Shown in pieces: positions 9,001-18,631 of a stretch of DNA of 64,000 nucleotides. A program made the position numbers and the translations under genes. Under the pieces are notes generated by a model, which was not told where the DNA came from, did not search any database, and worked only from the letters and a program-made list of their open reading frames with translations. Positions within the stretch are counted from its first letter, which is position 1. Every line of letters begins with the position of its first letter. The stretch spans positions 1 to 64,000 of the IMG/VR virus record IMGVR_UViG_3300028608_000006; one strand, 5' to 3'.

Positions 9001-9310
9001 GCAACAGGAAGTAGTAGTTCTTAATACCTTGTTGACGGAAGACTTCGGCGGTACGAATAAAGCTCGCATTACCGGTCTTCAAATCAGGTGCAGCTTTGTA
9101 ACGGTAGAAGTCTTTCAGGAAGCGCACGGTCTTGATGCTGTGCAGGCTGTCTTCCTCGAAGTGAGCCATCAAGGTCTCTTCTTCGGTGCGTGCATCGGAG
9201 TCCACACGGTTCTGCCGGTCGTCAATCAACTTCTTGGGTAGGTTCTGCGCACCCAAGTATGTTACCAGCTTCTTTGCAAACTCCAATGTCTTTTCATAAG
9301 CTTCAGACAT
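6041..9310 (-). CDS. terL: terminase large subunit (phiKZ gp25-like) with intein
   Basis: Walker A MPRQQGK|TVS after intein removal, Walker B-like TTYDEPAY, nuclease motifs IGVDTSS and HDDLVIG; next to the sheath/tube block. Confidence 0.9.
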   Translation of the reverse strand: MSEAYEKTLEFAKKLVTYLGAQNLPKKLIDDRQNRVDSDARTEEETLMAHFEEDSLHSIKTVRFLKDFYRYKAAPDLKTGNASFIRTAEVFRQQGIKNYYFLLQLNNRMLQGVDPYADDLTNEQKLMIAEECRTNFWYFLREVCRLKPDQNFMANRGNISFIWNYLNHITTYMIMPRQQGKMQRNSSKVRVKVEKQGNITPADTWKKIGDLRTGDVLIDRFGKTTNVIGIHPQGKLRLYRVTMSDGRSTDVGAEHLWTLKDFSRGTASRRGITDDYTTADLLTAMAKGHAFELPLIRSEKGKPQRLTLDPYLIGCMINSELTDGVLRGRNLSKEQVAYLESVVPQTLAMDKDKKFRIIKRRDGKPFDFDLNVGLPSSYLEGAQEDRLKLLHAFFDEGLKIGKTLTLKAPNALIASQLAYLVRGLGGTAKPEKETLTVTLPKEMEYFRFRKEKRPEVDNRLWVDKIEYCGDDEASCIEVDNQEHLYITDDFIVTHNTVSVQVINFWLTYINGRGYKSHLITLKSDNRAQFIDAIKKIRTCMPSYLVNPTWRDKDSGNYLNYKAFGDEYVNTLNINVPQMGRDAAGDLGRGLTVETTTYDEPAYISFIEEIINGCAPSALTAMANARTQGKPYGISFITTPNTTLHPSGEFMFEKLMSSTEWREKFFDSFSESHLRERLLRASPKSTTSPSIAMVYNYMQLGKDKDWVKETIDSLNLSLAKAKIDLLLMWVEDGENRLFDDVTREAINNCKSAVVWSKEYKESGLFMDFFCTQQELINMGKKEYNDYFLIGVDTSSAINKDACTIIIRSMRTGKVVGVGRYPLAFLDDVTAIIVDLLQVLNNSLLVIERNYAHHMIDNLLIMLPAKGMDPFTRIFNQVYQDTVTYEKEFKEIQNVKFAYRQKNFYLKFKQYFGFNTTSRSREILYGLIQEAVGMTAYGLNYDKLADELINLRTKGDRIDHDAKKHDDLVIGWLLTYWFIKLGANKSLYGIQGGIALTDTKNLLDTGSNKKGPAMEPHVVQFLDKVKARVEGLTEELLNTNDNILAMRLEAEIRKLGKVLPPEQSRLMTVDSLLEQAKFERSKRMLQLKRAA
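7826..8767 (-). mobile_element. intein (314 aa, class-3 WCT type, degenerate LAGLIDADG remnant) in terminase
   Basis: Begins MQRNSSKV after GK; block B GRSTDVGAEHLW, block F ASCIEVD, ends FIVTHN; +1 residue is Thr. Confidence 0.88.
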
Positions 9311-9352
9311 AGGGACCTCGTTAAAAATAGAGATGGCGTACAGAAAAGAAAG

Positions 9353-9380
9353 CAGGCCAGAGGTGTTACCCCCTGGCCTG
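9353..9380. terminator. hairpin, probable terminator upstream of terL
   Basis: CAGGCCAG.GG-tgtta-CC.CTGGCCTG; same TGTTA loop as the 27327 hairpin. Confidence 0.55.
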
Positions 9381-9396
9381 TTTAGAACGGTATTAC

Positions 9397-9585
9397 TTAC
9401 ACGGCAGCCGGAGCTTCTTTCAGACGCTCATGCGACGAGACGGCGCGTGCGTCATAGATCATGACCTCACGGGATTCGCCGTCTTGCAGAATGATCTCTT
9501 CGACCACAACGCCACCGTTGGTGACAACTACAACTACTTCTTTGTCGCGCGCACAGTGTGCCGAGACTTTAACGCTAGAAGTCAT
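9397..9585 (-). CDS. hypothetical protein (62 aa)
   Basis: AGGAG RBS, phage-like codon usage. Confidence 0.6.
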   Translation of the reverse strand: MTSSVKVSAHCARDKEVVVVVTNGGVVVEEIILQDGESREVMIYDARAVSSHERLKEAPAAV

Positions 9586-9612
9586 GGGGCTTCTCCTGAT
9601 TGATGTATAACA

Positions 9613-11334
9613 TCAAACGAAGAGTTCAACCACCAAACCAGTCAGACCCAGCTGCAACTCGGCGCCCGAAGCCGCTTTGTTGATCCAGCTGATGAACCAG
9701 GTCTTGCCTTTCTGGAGCTGGATGTTGATCGGGTTCTCTTTGTTGTAGTCGCCCACCGCAAAGCGCCACTTCCGACCGGTATCGTCCATGAGGTCGAAGT
9801 GAGTCGGGGTAGGAGCCTTGTCCTCGTTGCGAGGGGAGTAAGCAGGTTTGATCGACCAGTACAGCTCATCCAGCCAATCCACCAAGTCACGCTGCCCTTG
9901 CGACACATCGAAGGTGGTGTTGACACCGTTGTTCTTGACAACAATGCTCTTGCCACCGAACGCCGGCATGTCGTTCGAGAAGTTGACGTCCCAACGCTTG
10001 CCTGGACCGTTGACGTTTTTGTACAACGTGATCCCGGTGTGTTGAATGAAGACCACACTCTCGTAGATGTTCGACACATCGCGGAGGTTGAGGTTGAAGA
10101 TCATCGACTGAGACACGCCGTACGAAGTCGGACGGAATGGCGGGCTCTGATCGTTCAACGTTACCAGATCGGTAACATCGGTCCGGGTCTTGCGGTCCAG
10201 ATCGAACAGCCAGTGCTTCAGGACATAACCAGCGGTTGCCGTGTCCCACTGCGGGTAGCTGTAGATCTTCGGCGAGTAAGCACCGATTGCGTCACCCGAT
10301 TGCAGCATGTAACTGTGGGTGGCGTGTTTCGGGCTACCTGGCTTGGCGATGTAATGTTGCTCATCGTCGGCCAAGGTGTAGATCAGCGAGATCTCAGTGG
10401 ACTGACCAGGCCAGGTTGGACGGTGTTCCTGCAACCCATACAGGTTGAACTTGGTACCGTTCACCGGCCAGATCTGAGTCGAGCCATCCGAGTAGTACAC
10501 TGCCGCACGCAGTTCCACCGCCAACAGCTGGATGTTCATTGGAACAATGAGACGATCCGGGTCGCTGGTGTTGGTGAACCATGGCGAGATCAGTTTGACC
10601 TCAGTGACGTACTTGATGCCGATCTGGTGATCACGCATGTAAGCGCAATGCTGAACCATCACAGGCTGCACAGGTGGAATGAACTCACCACCCTCGTCGT
10701 AGAACACCAGCGTACAGCGGGTGCCGTCCGGCAGACCTTCTTCGTTCTCGGTGACACTGAACGAACCCGTGGTCATGATCGACTCGTTGGTCCGGTCCAC
10801 AATCTCGGCCAACTTGGTCGGAACCTTGTTGGTCAGCAGATTGAGGGAGGTGTCGTACTGAGCACTGATGATCTTGCCGTTAGCGCTGGCATCGTTACCG
10901 ACGAAGAGCTTGGCGTAACCCGCACCCGGACGCATGATCGTGCTATCAACACGAGCCACGTTCGGGCGAACGCTGTAGTCGATGCTGAGCAATGCTTCAC
11001 CCAACAGTGGACCACCACGCAGACCGAAGATCCAGTCTTGTTCCGTGGTGTTACCTTCGTCGACGTTGGTCAAACGCCAAGGCACCAGCGTGGTCTTCAG
11101 GGTTGCCTGCCAGTCCACATGGGAAGCCCGGTAGATGACGCCCTGATCAATATCGAACACCGCCTCGTTTTCTTGAGGGACCACGTACTTGTGAAGATCG
11201 TCAATCGGATGTTTGTCCGGATCGAAGATGTTCTCAATGTAGTGGAAGGTACGACGCTCCCCGGTGTTTTGTGGGGTAATGGCCGTGCCAGGTACCGCCC
11301 CTGCTGCCGTCGTATTCGGCTTGCTATCGAACAT
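9613..11334 (-). CDS. virion structural protein (phiKZ gp26-like by position, 573 aa)
   Basis: Size and position between terminase and sheath match recalled phiKZ-family synteny; beta-rich sequence. Confidence 0.65.
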   Translation of the reverse strand: MFDSKPNTTAAGAVPGTAITPQNTGERRTFHYIENIFDPDKHPIDDLHKYVVPQENEAVFDIDQGVIYRASHVDWQATLKTTLVPWRLTNVDEGNTTEQDWIFGLRGGPLLGEALLSIDYSVRPNVARVDSTIMRPGAGYAKLFVGNDASANGKIISAQYDTSLNLLTNKVPTKLAEIVDRTNESIMTTGSFSVTENEEGLPDGTRCTLVFYDEGGEFIPPVQPVMVQHCAYMRDHQIGIKYVTEVKLISPWFTNTSDPDRLIVPMNIQLLAVELRAAVYYSDGSTQIWPVNGTKFNLYGLQEHRPTWPGQSTEISLIYTLADDEQHYIAKPGSPKHATHSYMLQSGDAIGAYSPKIYSYPQWDTATAGYVLKHWLFDLDRKTRTDVTDLVTLNDQSPPFRPTSYGVSQSMIFNLNLRDVSNIYESVVFIQHTGITLYKNVNGPGKRWDVNFSNDMPAFGGKSIVVKNNGVNTTFDVSQGQRDLVDWLDELYWSIKPAYSPRNEDKAPTPTHFDLMDDTGRKWRFAVGDYNKENPINIQLQKGKTWFISWINKAASGAELQLGLTGLVVELFV

Positions 11335-13981
11335 TGTTGTTTACCTCGAAATGGCCTTCCAGCACACAGACTGAGTTGAGGTAGCTTTCGTTTACCTGAT
11401 TCAGGAACAAGAGCTCATTAGCGGTTACCGTCAGCTTACCGAAGTTAGCGTACGGCATGATCGCGAAGTAACGGAGATCGAAGTCCAAGTTGATTGGATC
11501 ATGATCATACCACCACAGGTAAGGACGCACCGTCTCACGAATCGATTGCTCGGTGTAAGCGGTATCGCCAGCAGCCTTAGGCGGCAGAACGATCAACCCA
11601 TTGAGTAGACCGTTGACGATGGCGTTCATGGTTGGACTGTACAGCCGGTACTTGTCTTGGATGTTCGGAATGACCGGTACACCAGGACCCGTTGGTTGAA
11701 CAGGATCGATCTCGCCAGCATTGGTTGTAGGCTTGGGCAACCACATGGTCATGTAGTCGCTAACGCGTTGGTCAGTTTCCCGGCTACGGTCGTACAGGGG
11801 ATAGTTGTAATACGGCTCGACAAACTTAATCGGGCAGTAAACGTGTTTCACCATGTACGGCTTACCGTTGAGGTGGTCCCAGAGATCATCTGGTACTTCT
11901 CTTTCGGCGCGAGGAACCTCGTCGGTGGGATATAGGGCTCCATTGATAACCGTACGAGTAACTCGATCACCCCGCAGGTTGTAACGACCAAAACGCCCAA
12001 TGACACCACCTTCAACAAATCCCAGTTCGGTTTCGAACTTAGGCGTATCCATGTCGCCATGCATCCCATGGGCTCTCACCGTGATCTTCTGCGGACCGTC
12101 GACGATGAACTCCTTGTTGATGATGTAGCAGTACTTATCCTTGTACAACCAATCCACGTGGTCGACCAGTGGATGGCCGTTTAACCAGAGGTCCACTTGG
12201 GCGAAACTCATCGGGAAGATCAAACCACCTTCCTCGTAGATTTCCGTCAAGGCAAAGGACAGGCTGTGGTCGATGTGATCCAACTCGAACTCGTAAGCCA
12301 GGCAGGCCTTGTTGGTCAACACGATTGCACGGTAGTTTACCTTGTCCAGACCTACCCAGTGGATAGTCCCGTCGTTGAACGTGTAGAGAGTAGCGTCGCC
12401 GGTTCTATCGACCATCTCGCCTACCAATTCACCGAGGTCAACACTCCACGGTTGTACGTACACCCGGAAGTCGTACTCAGGAGCAACTGTGATGTCGTCC
12501 TTCGTGACAGTGTAGTCCATCTTGCGCTGAGCTTTACCCAACACAAACTCGACCAACACACACTGTGGGTTGAACGGGCTGTAGTAAACCTCGTCCGTTC
12601 GGTTGTGCACTTCCAACAACTGACCCGCCGCGTCGTATTCCCACGCCGAGAACATCGCTCGGTAAGTAGGAGGAACGATAACACCACGACCCCCTTCAAC
12701 GAACTCCACCCGCACTGGGGTTTCACTCACCACACGAGTCGCCGCGTTGTAACCCAGCGCCAGCGATGCGTTCTCGCGCTTCACTGCCGGGTATTGGCTG
12801 CGAGTCAGGCTCATCACCGTCCCGCTTTCCAAGCCATCGGCCGTCCACTCAGGAACCGTAGCCCGGTCACCTGTCATTGCCCGCACAATCCCCACATCAT
12901 CAAAACGATACAGGTACTTAATGCGTTGGTGTTCGTTCGGCCACTGGTATTCCCAGTCGGTCTTACGCACCAGCACCATGATCTTGTTCTTCGACACGTC
13001 GGACAAGTTGGCGTGGTAGTTGCTCGCATTACGAATGGCTTCATCCGCAATCGCCACATCCACATGGGTCAACTGACGAAGAGTCGTTTCGTTGTTCCGA
13101 TGGATGTACAAGCCGTACTTCTTCGGACCGGTAACGTAGAAGTCGTTATCGTCGAAGTAACGCAAGGTGTAATCACCTTTCCGCTTAGGCGGGTGCAGGA
13201 TCATCTTGCGTTTGTTGTCCAGCGAAGACCAGAAGTCTTTCAAAGCACTGTAGTTGTAGCGTTCAACCCGAATAACTGTTGGGTCGTGCCAGAACTCCAC
13301 CACGTCCCCCGCTTGAAGCCCCTGTAGTGCGTTAGGAGCCCCATCGAAGAACACACCGTTGTGCATCACACCAGTGAACCCAGGCTTGCCCTTAAACAGG
13401 CTGTAGCGAGCTGTGAAGACCGCGAGTTCCGCAGTGCTTTCATAGGTCATGGTTTCGTAGGTGTACGGGTTGTGGTCATCCGAGATTGCCAGATCACCAA
13501 AGTCAACCGGAATGCTTGGGGTGAAACAACGGAAGAAGAACTCGTCCACTTTAGGAACCGGGAAGTTCTTCATTTTCTGCAAAGCGATCAACACCAGCCC
13601 ATCGTAGGTAATCATCACCCAGCAATGCGAACGGCTGTATTGGAAACCCTTGGTGTTGTACAGATCGAGCTGCATGCCGCGAACCTTGCACAACGCCCCG
13701 AGGTTAACCCAACGGTCGAGTGGGTTGCGGTACAGCACGTTGTTGCGGAAGTTCCAGAACCCAGGATGCAAACCCCCGGCACTGAAGATGTGGAAGAAGG
13801 TATTGACCTTAGGCAACGCCCGCCACTTCCCCATGTAGTTGTAGTTCATGGAGGCACCGTAGTCGTCGGTTACCCGAACCAGCTTGACTTGGTACTGGTG
13901 GTTCTCTTCCGGGTTACCCCACAAGTTTGCTTCCACGTACTGAACAACCGGGTTATTACTGTCGTAAACGGTCGTCGTCAT
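11324..13981 (-). CDS. virion structural protein (phiKZ gp27-like by position, 885 aa)
   Basis: Start moved to ATG 13981 (MTTTVYDSN, AAGGA RBS); synteny. Confidence 0.65.
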   Translation of the reverse strand: MTTTVYDSNNPVVQYVEANLWGNPEENHQYQVKLVRVTDDYGASMNYNYMGKWRALPKVNTFFHIFSAGGLHPGFWNFRNNVLYRNPLDRWVNLGALCKVRGMQLDLYNTKGFQYSRSHCWVMITYDGLVLIALQKMKNFPVPKVDEFFFRCFTPSIPVDFGDLAISDDHNPYTYETMTYESTAELAVFTARYSLFKGKPGFTGVMHNGVFFDGAPNALQGLQAGDVVEFWHDPTVIRVERYNYSALKDFWSSLDNKRKMILHPPKRKGDYTLRYFDDNDFYVTGPKKYGLYIHRNNETTLRQLTHVDVAIADEAIRNASNYHANLSDVSKNKIMVLVRKTDWEYQWPNEHQRIKYLYRFDDVGIVRAMTGDRATVPEWTADGLESGTVMSLTRSQYPAVKRENASLALGYNAATRVVSETPVRVEFVEGGRGVIVPPTYRAMFSAWEYDAAGQLLEVHNRTDEVYYSPFNPQCVLVEFVLGKAQRKMDYTVTKDDITVAPEYDFRVYVQPWSVDLGELVGEMVDRTGDATLYTFNDGTIHWVGLDKVNYRAIVLTNKACLAYEFELDHIDHSLSFALTEIYEEGGLIFPMSFAQVDLWLNGHPLVDHVDWLYKDKYCYIINKEFIVDGPQKITVRAHGMHGDMDTPKFETELGFVEGGVIGRFGRYNLRGDRVTRTVINGALYPTDEVPRAEREVPDDLWDHLNGKPYMVKHVYCPIKFVEPYYNYPLYDRSRETDQRVSDYMTMWLPKPTTNAGEIDPVQPTGPGVPVIPNIQDKYRLYSPTMNAIVNGLLNGLIVLPPKAAGDTAYTEQSIRETVRPYLWWYDHDPINLDFDLRYFAIMPYANFGKLTVTANELLFLNQVNESYLNSVCVLEGHFEVNNNVR

Positions 13982-13986
13982 AATCC

Positions 13987-14865
13987 TTACCCATTGAGGT
14001 CGTAAGTGTATTCGATGTTGTTCTTGAAGGAGTCCAACGTGTTCTTGTTGTACTTCGGATCCATGGCAATGGCCAGAGGGCTCTTGCTCCAGGCGTTGAA
14101 GGTCGCGGCGCCGTAGACGATGGCGGTAAACAGGCAAGGGGCTTCAACCGAAGCAGCAATCACCTTTGGACCCAGTGCAGCGAAACCGATCGAACCGCAC
14201 AGAGCAATCATGCTCTTCAGATCCAGCACCTTCAACTTGAACAGGATCGGGTTGCTACGGATAGCCGCGATCAAGTCAGACAGGGTGGTCATGCGTGGCA
14301 GTTCTTCGATCACACCGAGGATGTAATTCTTCTCGGTACCGTAGATGCTGCGAATTACGTTCAACGCGATGAAGGTCACGTCTTCGGCTGGGTTTTCCTG
14401 GAGGGTCAGGAAGAAGTACGCCAACAACACCTTGAGGGTCAGCGCTTCGTTCTTTTCCAAACCAGCACCCGACACCATCTTCGAACTCAGTGCTTCAGCG
14501 AACGCTTTGGTCGCGAGCAGTCGGCAGTTCTTCAGAGGGGTCATGTAGTTCTCGGAAACGTCCTGTTGCAGGAACGCTGCCAGACGAGTAACGGTGATCT
14601 CGTTGGGGTGAGTCACTTGGTTACTTTTGTTGCGATACGGACGCTCGTCGTAGACAGTGATCATCTCGCGAGTGTGACTTTGCATGGTGATCGGGAATGC
14701 GAAGATATCAACCCGTAGCTCAGTCTCGTTGGTCAGACAGAACACGTTCTTCTTCTTGGTCGGCGTCAGGTTTCGCGAAAGGTGCAGGGTCTTGATGGTG
14801 TTCGCGACGTCGTCTGTAGCGCGGTATGGCTGCCCGACCGTAGTGTCATAAGCATTAATAAGCAT
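13987..14865 (-). CDS. virion structural protein (phiKZ gp28-like by position, 292 aa)
   Basis: Start moved to ATG 14865 (MLINAYDTT, GAGG RBS), divergent from the sheath gene. Confidence 0.65.
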   Translation of the reverse strand: MLINAYDTTVGQPYRATDDVANTIKTLHLSRNLTPTKKKNVFCLTNETELRVDIFAFPITMQSHTREMITVYDERPYRNKSNQVTHPNEITVTRLAAFLQQDVSENYMTPLKNCRLLATKAFAEALSSKMVSGAGLEKNEALTLKVLLAYFFLTLQENPAEDVTFIALNVIRSIYGTEKNYILGVIEELPRMTTLSDLIAAIRSNPILFKLKVLDLKSMIALCGSIGFAALGPKVIAASVEAPCLFTAIVYGAATFNAWSKSPLAIAMDPKYNKNTLDSFKNNIEYTYDLNG

Positions 14866-14968
14866 GGGGTGTCCTCGAAAATAACATGTTATGTGCCAGA
14901 TGTATACGCACTGTACGGCCCTATAGTGGGTTGCATACGATTGCTCCAGTACACTTACGAGGTTCTCC

Positions 14969-17140
14969 ATGACCATCTTTAACAAAATTGTTCCGGGGAA
15001 AGTTGTCAACCGGGGGATTAAGGATAACTCCGTCCCCGACTATGTCGTCAACTATCCTGTCTACCCGCTGCACGCGCCGGTCATCTCGATTGTCACTCCG
15101 AAAGGTGAACTGGCAAGCGAGAAAGGCACGCAGTGGATCTCTGTCAGCGACTTCACCGCGATGTTCGGCGATGTGATGGACTACAAGACTCCGTACTACA
15201 ACCCAACGTCTTTGCTGATCCAGCAATTGACTCGTGGTGGTCAGTCGGTGATCGGTATCCGTCGTCTGTCGGCGAACAACGAAGTGTCCCGCGTGGCCTT
15301 CTCCGCTTTCGTTCAACAGGTCCAAGTGCAGGATTACCAGCGTGACCTCGCCGGTAATTTCAAGCGCGACCCTGATACCGGTTTGAAAATTCCGAATGTC
15401 GGTGTCACCTACCCTGGCCTGAAAGTTGTCATCCGTCCGGACGACACTGCCAAAGCTAAAGGCTACGGCAAGTTGGTTCACCGCGTGATCCCGGGTACCC
15501 CTGCTGACGGTCAGACTCCTGCTGTTCCAGAAACCCTGGTTTACCCGCTGTTCGAGTTGGCTGCTGGTGTGGGCGATGCCTACAACGCCGGTGGTATCAA
15601 CATGGGTATCAACAACAATACCCTGAACTGGCGTTCGATCTCCGCCTTCGTTAAATCGACTGGCGTGTTCCCGTTCGACCTGCGTATGTTCACCGACTCG
15701 GCCACCGGTGTTCGCACCTACGCCAAGACCACTGACCGGAAAGAGACAGCAACCTTCACGCTGTTCCCAACCGAAGCTGGTGGTGAGCAGTTCAGCGTTA
15801 AGCGCGCTGTCGGTGCCTTCACCGGTACCAACGTCAACCGCAAGATCGTCCCGATCCCTCAGCCGTTCAAAGACGCCCACGTCTACGCGGATGACATCGA
15901 CACGCTTTGCCAACTGATGTACATGGTTGAGAAAGACGTGAACGAAAGCCTGGTTGAAGTGGGTGCTCGTCCATACCAGCAGATGAACCCGTTCACCGCT
16001 ACCAACCACGTTGGTGCTCCGTACTTCGCCATCCAGACCGACGACGCCACTCTGTGGGATCTCAGCGGTGCTGTGAAAGCGGCTTACGGCGTGAACCCGT
16101 TCTACCTGGCCAACGGCGACATGCCTGCTGGCGTGACCCCAGTTGTTCCGAACGACCCGTTCGGTCTGCTGGCCGACACCAAGTTCCCAATGACCACTGG
16201 TCAGGCATGGGAAGTGACCAACAGCTTGATGGCTGCGGATCTGACGACTTACGTCAACGGTTCCGAGATCAAGAACTACACCCGTAACCGCCAGTCGGTT
16301 TTCTGGGACGTTGGTTACACCAAAGAAGTTAAAGACATCGCTGCTCAGTTGCTCGGTCAGCGTAAAGACGTCTTCTTCTTCGGTGACGCAACTGTTTGGG
16401 AACCAGGCACCCCGAACGACCTGGGTACTGTCTACTCCCGCATGGCATCGCTCGTGGCTTCGCTGCGCCTGACGCCGGAATCGGAACAGTGGGGTACTCC
16501 GACTGTGCGTGCGTCGATCAACCTGATCGAAGCGAAACTGATCAACGAAGTGACCGGTGGCTACTTCTCCGGCAACCTCGACCTGGCTTACGCGTTCGCG
16601 CTGTTCGCCGGCAACAACAGCGGTATCATCACTGCTTCGGCTTCGCCGGACCACGGTGACAACCGTATCCTCCGCACCATGCACTCTCCGAACATCGAGT
16701 TCGAAGAAGACGACGTGGCCAACGACAACTTCGAGAACGGCGCGATCACTCTGCGTCCGTACGACGTTGAACAACTGTATCGCCCAGCTCTGATCACCGT
16801 TTTCAACAACGTTGACTCCGTGCTGAAAGATGCGGTGACCGCGTTCCTCTGCGTGTGCATGGAGAAGATCCTGCAAGACGAATGGAACACCGTCTGCGGT
16901 GACACCTCGATCTCGGCCGCCAGCTACGCTGCGCTCGTGAAAGACGGTGCCGAACGTAAGTGCCGTGACCGCCTTGGCGGGCTGGTGAAGAACATCACCG
17001 TTCTGACTTCCTACGACGAAACCCGTCCTGGTGGTCGTGCTGTGATGAACGCCATCGTGAATGGCTACTTCAACAAGGGCAAGTACATGATGAACCTGGA
17101 TCTGTTCGCCTACAACGAACAAGATGCAGCCACTGCTTAA
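14969..17140 (+). CDS. contractile tail sheath protein (phiKZ gp29-like)
   Basis: 723 aa, extreme codon bias; motifs P.YP.H.P, YTRNRQSVFWDVGY and LTPES..WGTP..RA; followed by the tube gene. Confidence 0.85.
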   Translation: MTIFNKIVPGKVVNRGIKDNSVPDYVVNYPVYPLHAPVISIVTPKGELASEKGTQWISVSDFTAMFGDVMDYKTPYYNPTSLLIQQLTRGGQSVIGIRRLSANNEVSRVAFSAFVQQVQVQDYQRDLAGNFKRDPDTGLKIPNVGVTYPGLKVVIRPDDTAKAKGYGKLVHRVIPGTPADGQTPAVPETLVYPLFELAAGVGDAYNAGGINMGINNNTLNWRSISAFVKSTGVFPFDLRMFTDSATGVRTYAKTTDRKETATFTLFPTEAGGEQFSVKRAVGAFTGTNVNRKIVPIPQPFKDAHVYADDIDTLCQLMYMVEKDVNESLVEVGARPYQQMNPFTATNHVGAPYFAIQTDDATLWDLSGAVKAAYGVNPFYLANGDMPAGVTPVVPNDPFGLLADTKFPMTTGQAWEVTNSLMAADLTTYVNGSEIKNYTRNRQSVFWDVGYTKEVKDIAAQLLGQRKDVFFFGDATVWEPGTPNDLGTVYSRMASLVASLRLTPESEQWGTPTVRASINLIEAKLINEVTGGYFSGNLDLAYAFALFAGNNSGIITASASPDHGDNRILRTMHSPNIEFEEDDVANDNFENGAITLRPYDVEQLYRPALITVFNNVDSVLKDAVTAFLCVCMEKILQDEWNTVCGDTSISAASYAALVKDGAERKCRDRLGGLVKNITVLTSYDETRPGGRAVMNAIVNGYFNKGKYMMNLDLFAYNEQDAATA

Positions 17141-17150
17141 GGAGTAATTC

Positions 17151-18101
17151 ATGGCTACCACCCCAATTCCGGGCACCTCCGCTGGCGGTTCTTCGCCGGC
17201 AACGAACTACCCGCACCGCGACGCGAACACACTGCTGCCAGAGAGTGATGCCTTCGTCCAGGCGCTGGACCTCGCCAAACGTCCTGTCATCAACGCCGAA
17301 TCCGGTGGCATGTACGGTTGGGCAGGTAACGTCTTCGAGTACATCAGTGCTCAGCCTCACGTTTCGCAACAGAGCTGGTGCATCATGCTCAGCACGCCGA
17401 TGATGTTCTCCCGCCTCCCAGGTGGCGATCGTCTGCACGCACTGTGCAAAGCGTTCTTCGAGAACCGCTCGCAGTCCTTCGAAGGTCTGCAAGATCGTAC
17501 CGAACACGCCTTCGGGCGTATGGAATGGACTGGCCACGTCATGTCCATCCCTACCGGCGCGACTCGTACCCTGGGTAGCGTGACTCATACCGTGATCGAC
17601 GTAGAAGGTGAATCTTTCACCAAGCTGCTGAAGATCTGGGGTCAGTGGGGCGTGATGGATCCAGAAATCATGAACGCCAAACTCGTGATCCTCGACGAGC
17701 CAGGTGACATGCTGCTGGACGAAGTGTCGGCTGCGGCTTGCTACTTCGAACCAACTCGCAACATGCGTGACATTGCTCACGCCGCGATCGTTGTTGGTAT
17801 GATGCCTAACGGCACTGTGCCAATCGAGTTGAAGCGCAACAAGGCCGAAGAGAACACCATCCGCACCATTCAGATGGAGTTCACCGGTGTTGTTGAATTC
17901 GACACCCTGGCAGTGAAGCAAATCGCTCGCGAAATGCTGGCACTCCTGCCGCTGTACAACCCGGACGCTATCGACGCGCCTGAGGGCTTCAAGTCTCGCA
18001 CCTCGACTCTGGAAGCGCTGACCAACGCCGGTACCATCGAGCGTATGACCACGCAGAAAGAATCCGTGAGCGAAACTGCTTCTGGCCAGTACATGGGCTA
18101 A
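17151..18101 (+). CDS. tail tube / major tail protein (phiKZ gp30-like)
   Basis: 316 aa directly after the sheath, AAGGAG RBS; YFEPT..MRDI.HA.....MMP motif typical of this family. Confidence 0.75.
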   Translation: MATTPIPGTSAGGSSPATNYPHRDANTLLPESDAFVQALDLAKRPVINAESGGMYGWAGNVFEYISAQPHVSQQSWCIMLSTPMMFSRLPGGDRLHALCKAFFENRSQSFEGLQDRTEHAFGRMEWTGHVMSIPTGATRTLGSVTHTVIDVEGESFTKLLKIWGQWGVMDPEIMNAKLVILDEPGDMLLDEVSAAACYFEPTRNMRDIAHAAIVVGMMPNGTVPIELKRNKAEENTIRTIQMEFTGVVEFDTLAVKQIAREMLALLPLYNPDAIDAPEGFKSRTSTLEALTNAGTIERMTTQKESVSETASGQYMG

Positions 18102-18120
18102 GTAGCGAAAGCGGAATAGA

Positions 18121-18159
18121 CCCCTACCCCACGCCCCTTATGGAGGCGTGGGGTAGGGG
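18121..18159. terminator. bidirectional hairpin between convergent genes
   Basis: CCCCTACCCCACGCC...GGCGTGGGGTAGGGG, 15-bp stem. Confidence 0.8.
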
Positions 18160-18183
18160 GTATTTCTGCGCTCTTATAAAGCA

Positions 18184-18621
18184 TTAAGGTCGTTTGTCCC
18201 TTCTACGGTCTTCCGTATACAACACGCCTCGAATGCACGTAAGGGCGTAGTTATTCATCAGCACCACCTGCCTGAAGACTTCCAGGTCTTTTGAGTGGGA
18301 CTTGTTCTTGCCGTCAGTCGGGTTGGCCCGCATGATAAACTTGTAAACCTGTTGGTCAGTGTACCAGCCTGGGAAGACGATCTCCCAACCATCCGCTTTT
18401 CGCAGTATGTTGGGATACTCCAGACTCCAATCCCTGGTAATTCTGACGCAACCCGCGTAGATACCCAACTTGTAGGTAAACACCATACCGTTGACGGTTC
18501 TCTCGACGTGGTAGGAGAACGCTCGACTTTCCATCACTCGTTGGATAACCAGAATGATTAGCACCGCATAGATAATCAACAGTGCAAAGTTAACTCCGAT
18601 ATCGTACGTAGTTTTGGACAT
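18184..18621 (-). CDS. membrane-anchored hypothetical protein
   Basis: N-terminal hydrophobic helix (FALLIIYAVLIILVI). Confidence 0.65.
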   Translation of the reverse strand: MSKTTYDIGVNFALLIIYAVLIILVIQRVMESRAFSYHVERTVNGMVFTYKLGIYAGCVRITRDWSLEYPNILRKADGWEIVFPGWYTDQQVYKFIMRANPTDGKNKSHSKDLEVFRQVVLMNNYALTCIRGVLYTEDRRRDKRP

Positions 18622-18631
18622 ATTGGGCCTC

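Noticed and set aside
14866-14968. TATG late-promoter assignments in divergent gaps (also near 1787, 29035, 56163)
   Set aside because: A 4-mer is too short to call without TSS data.
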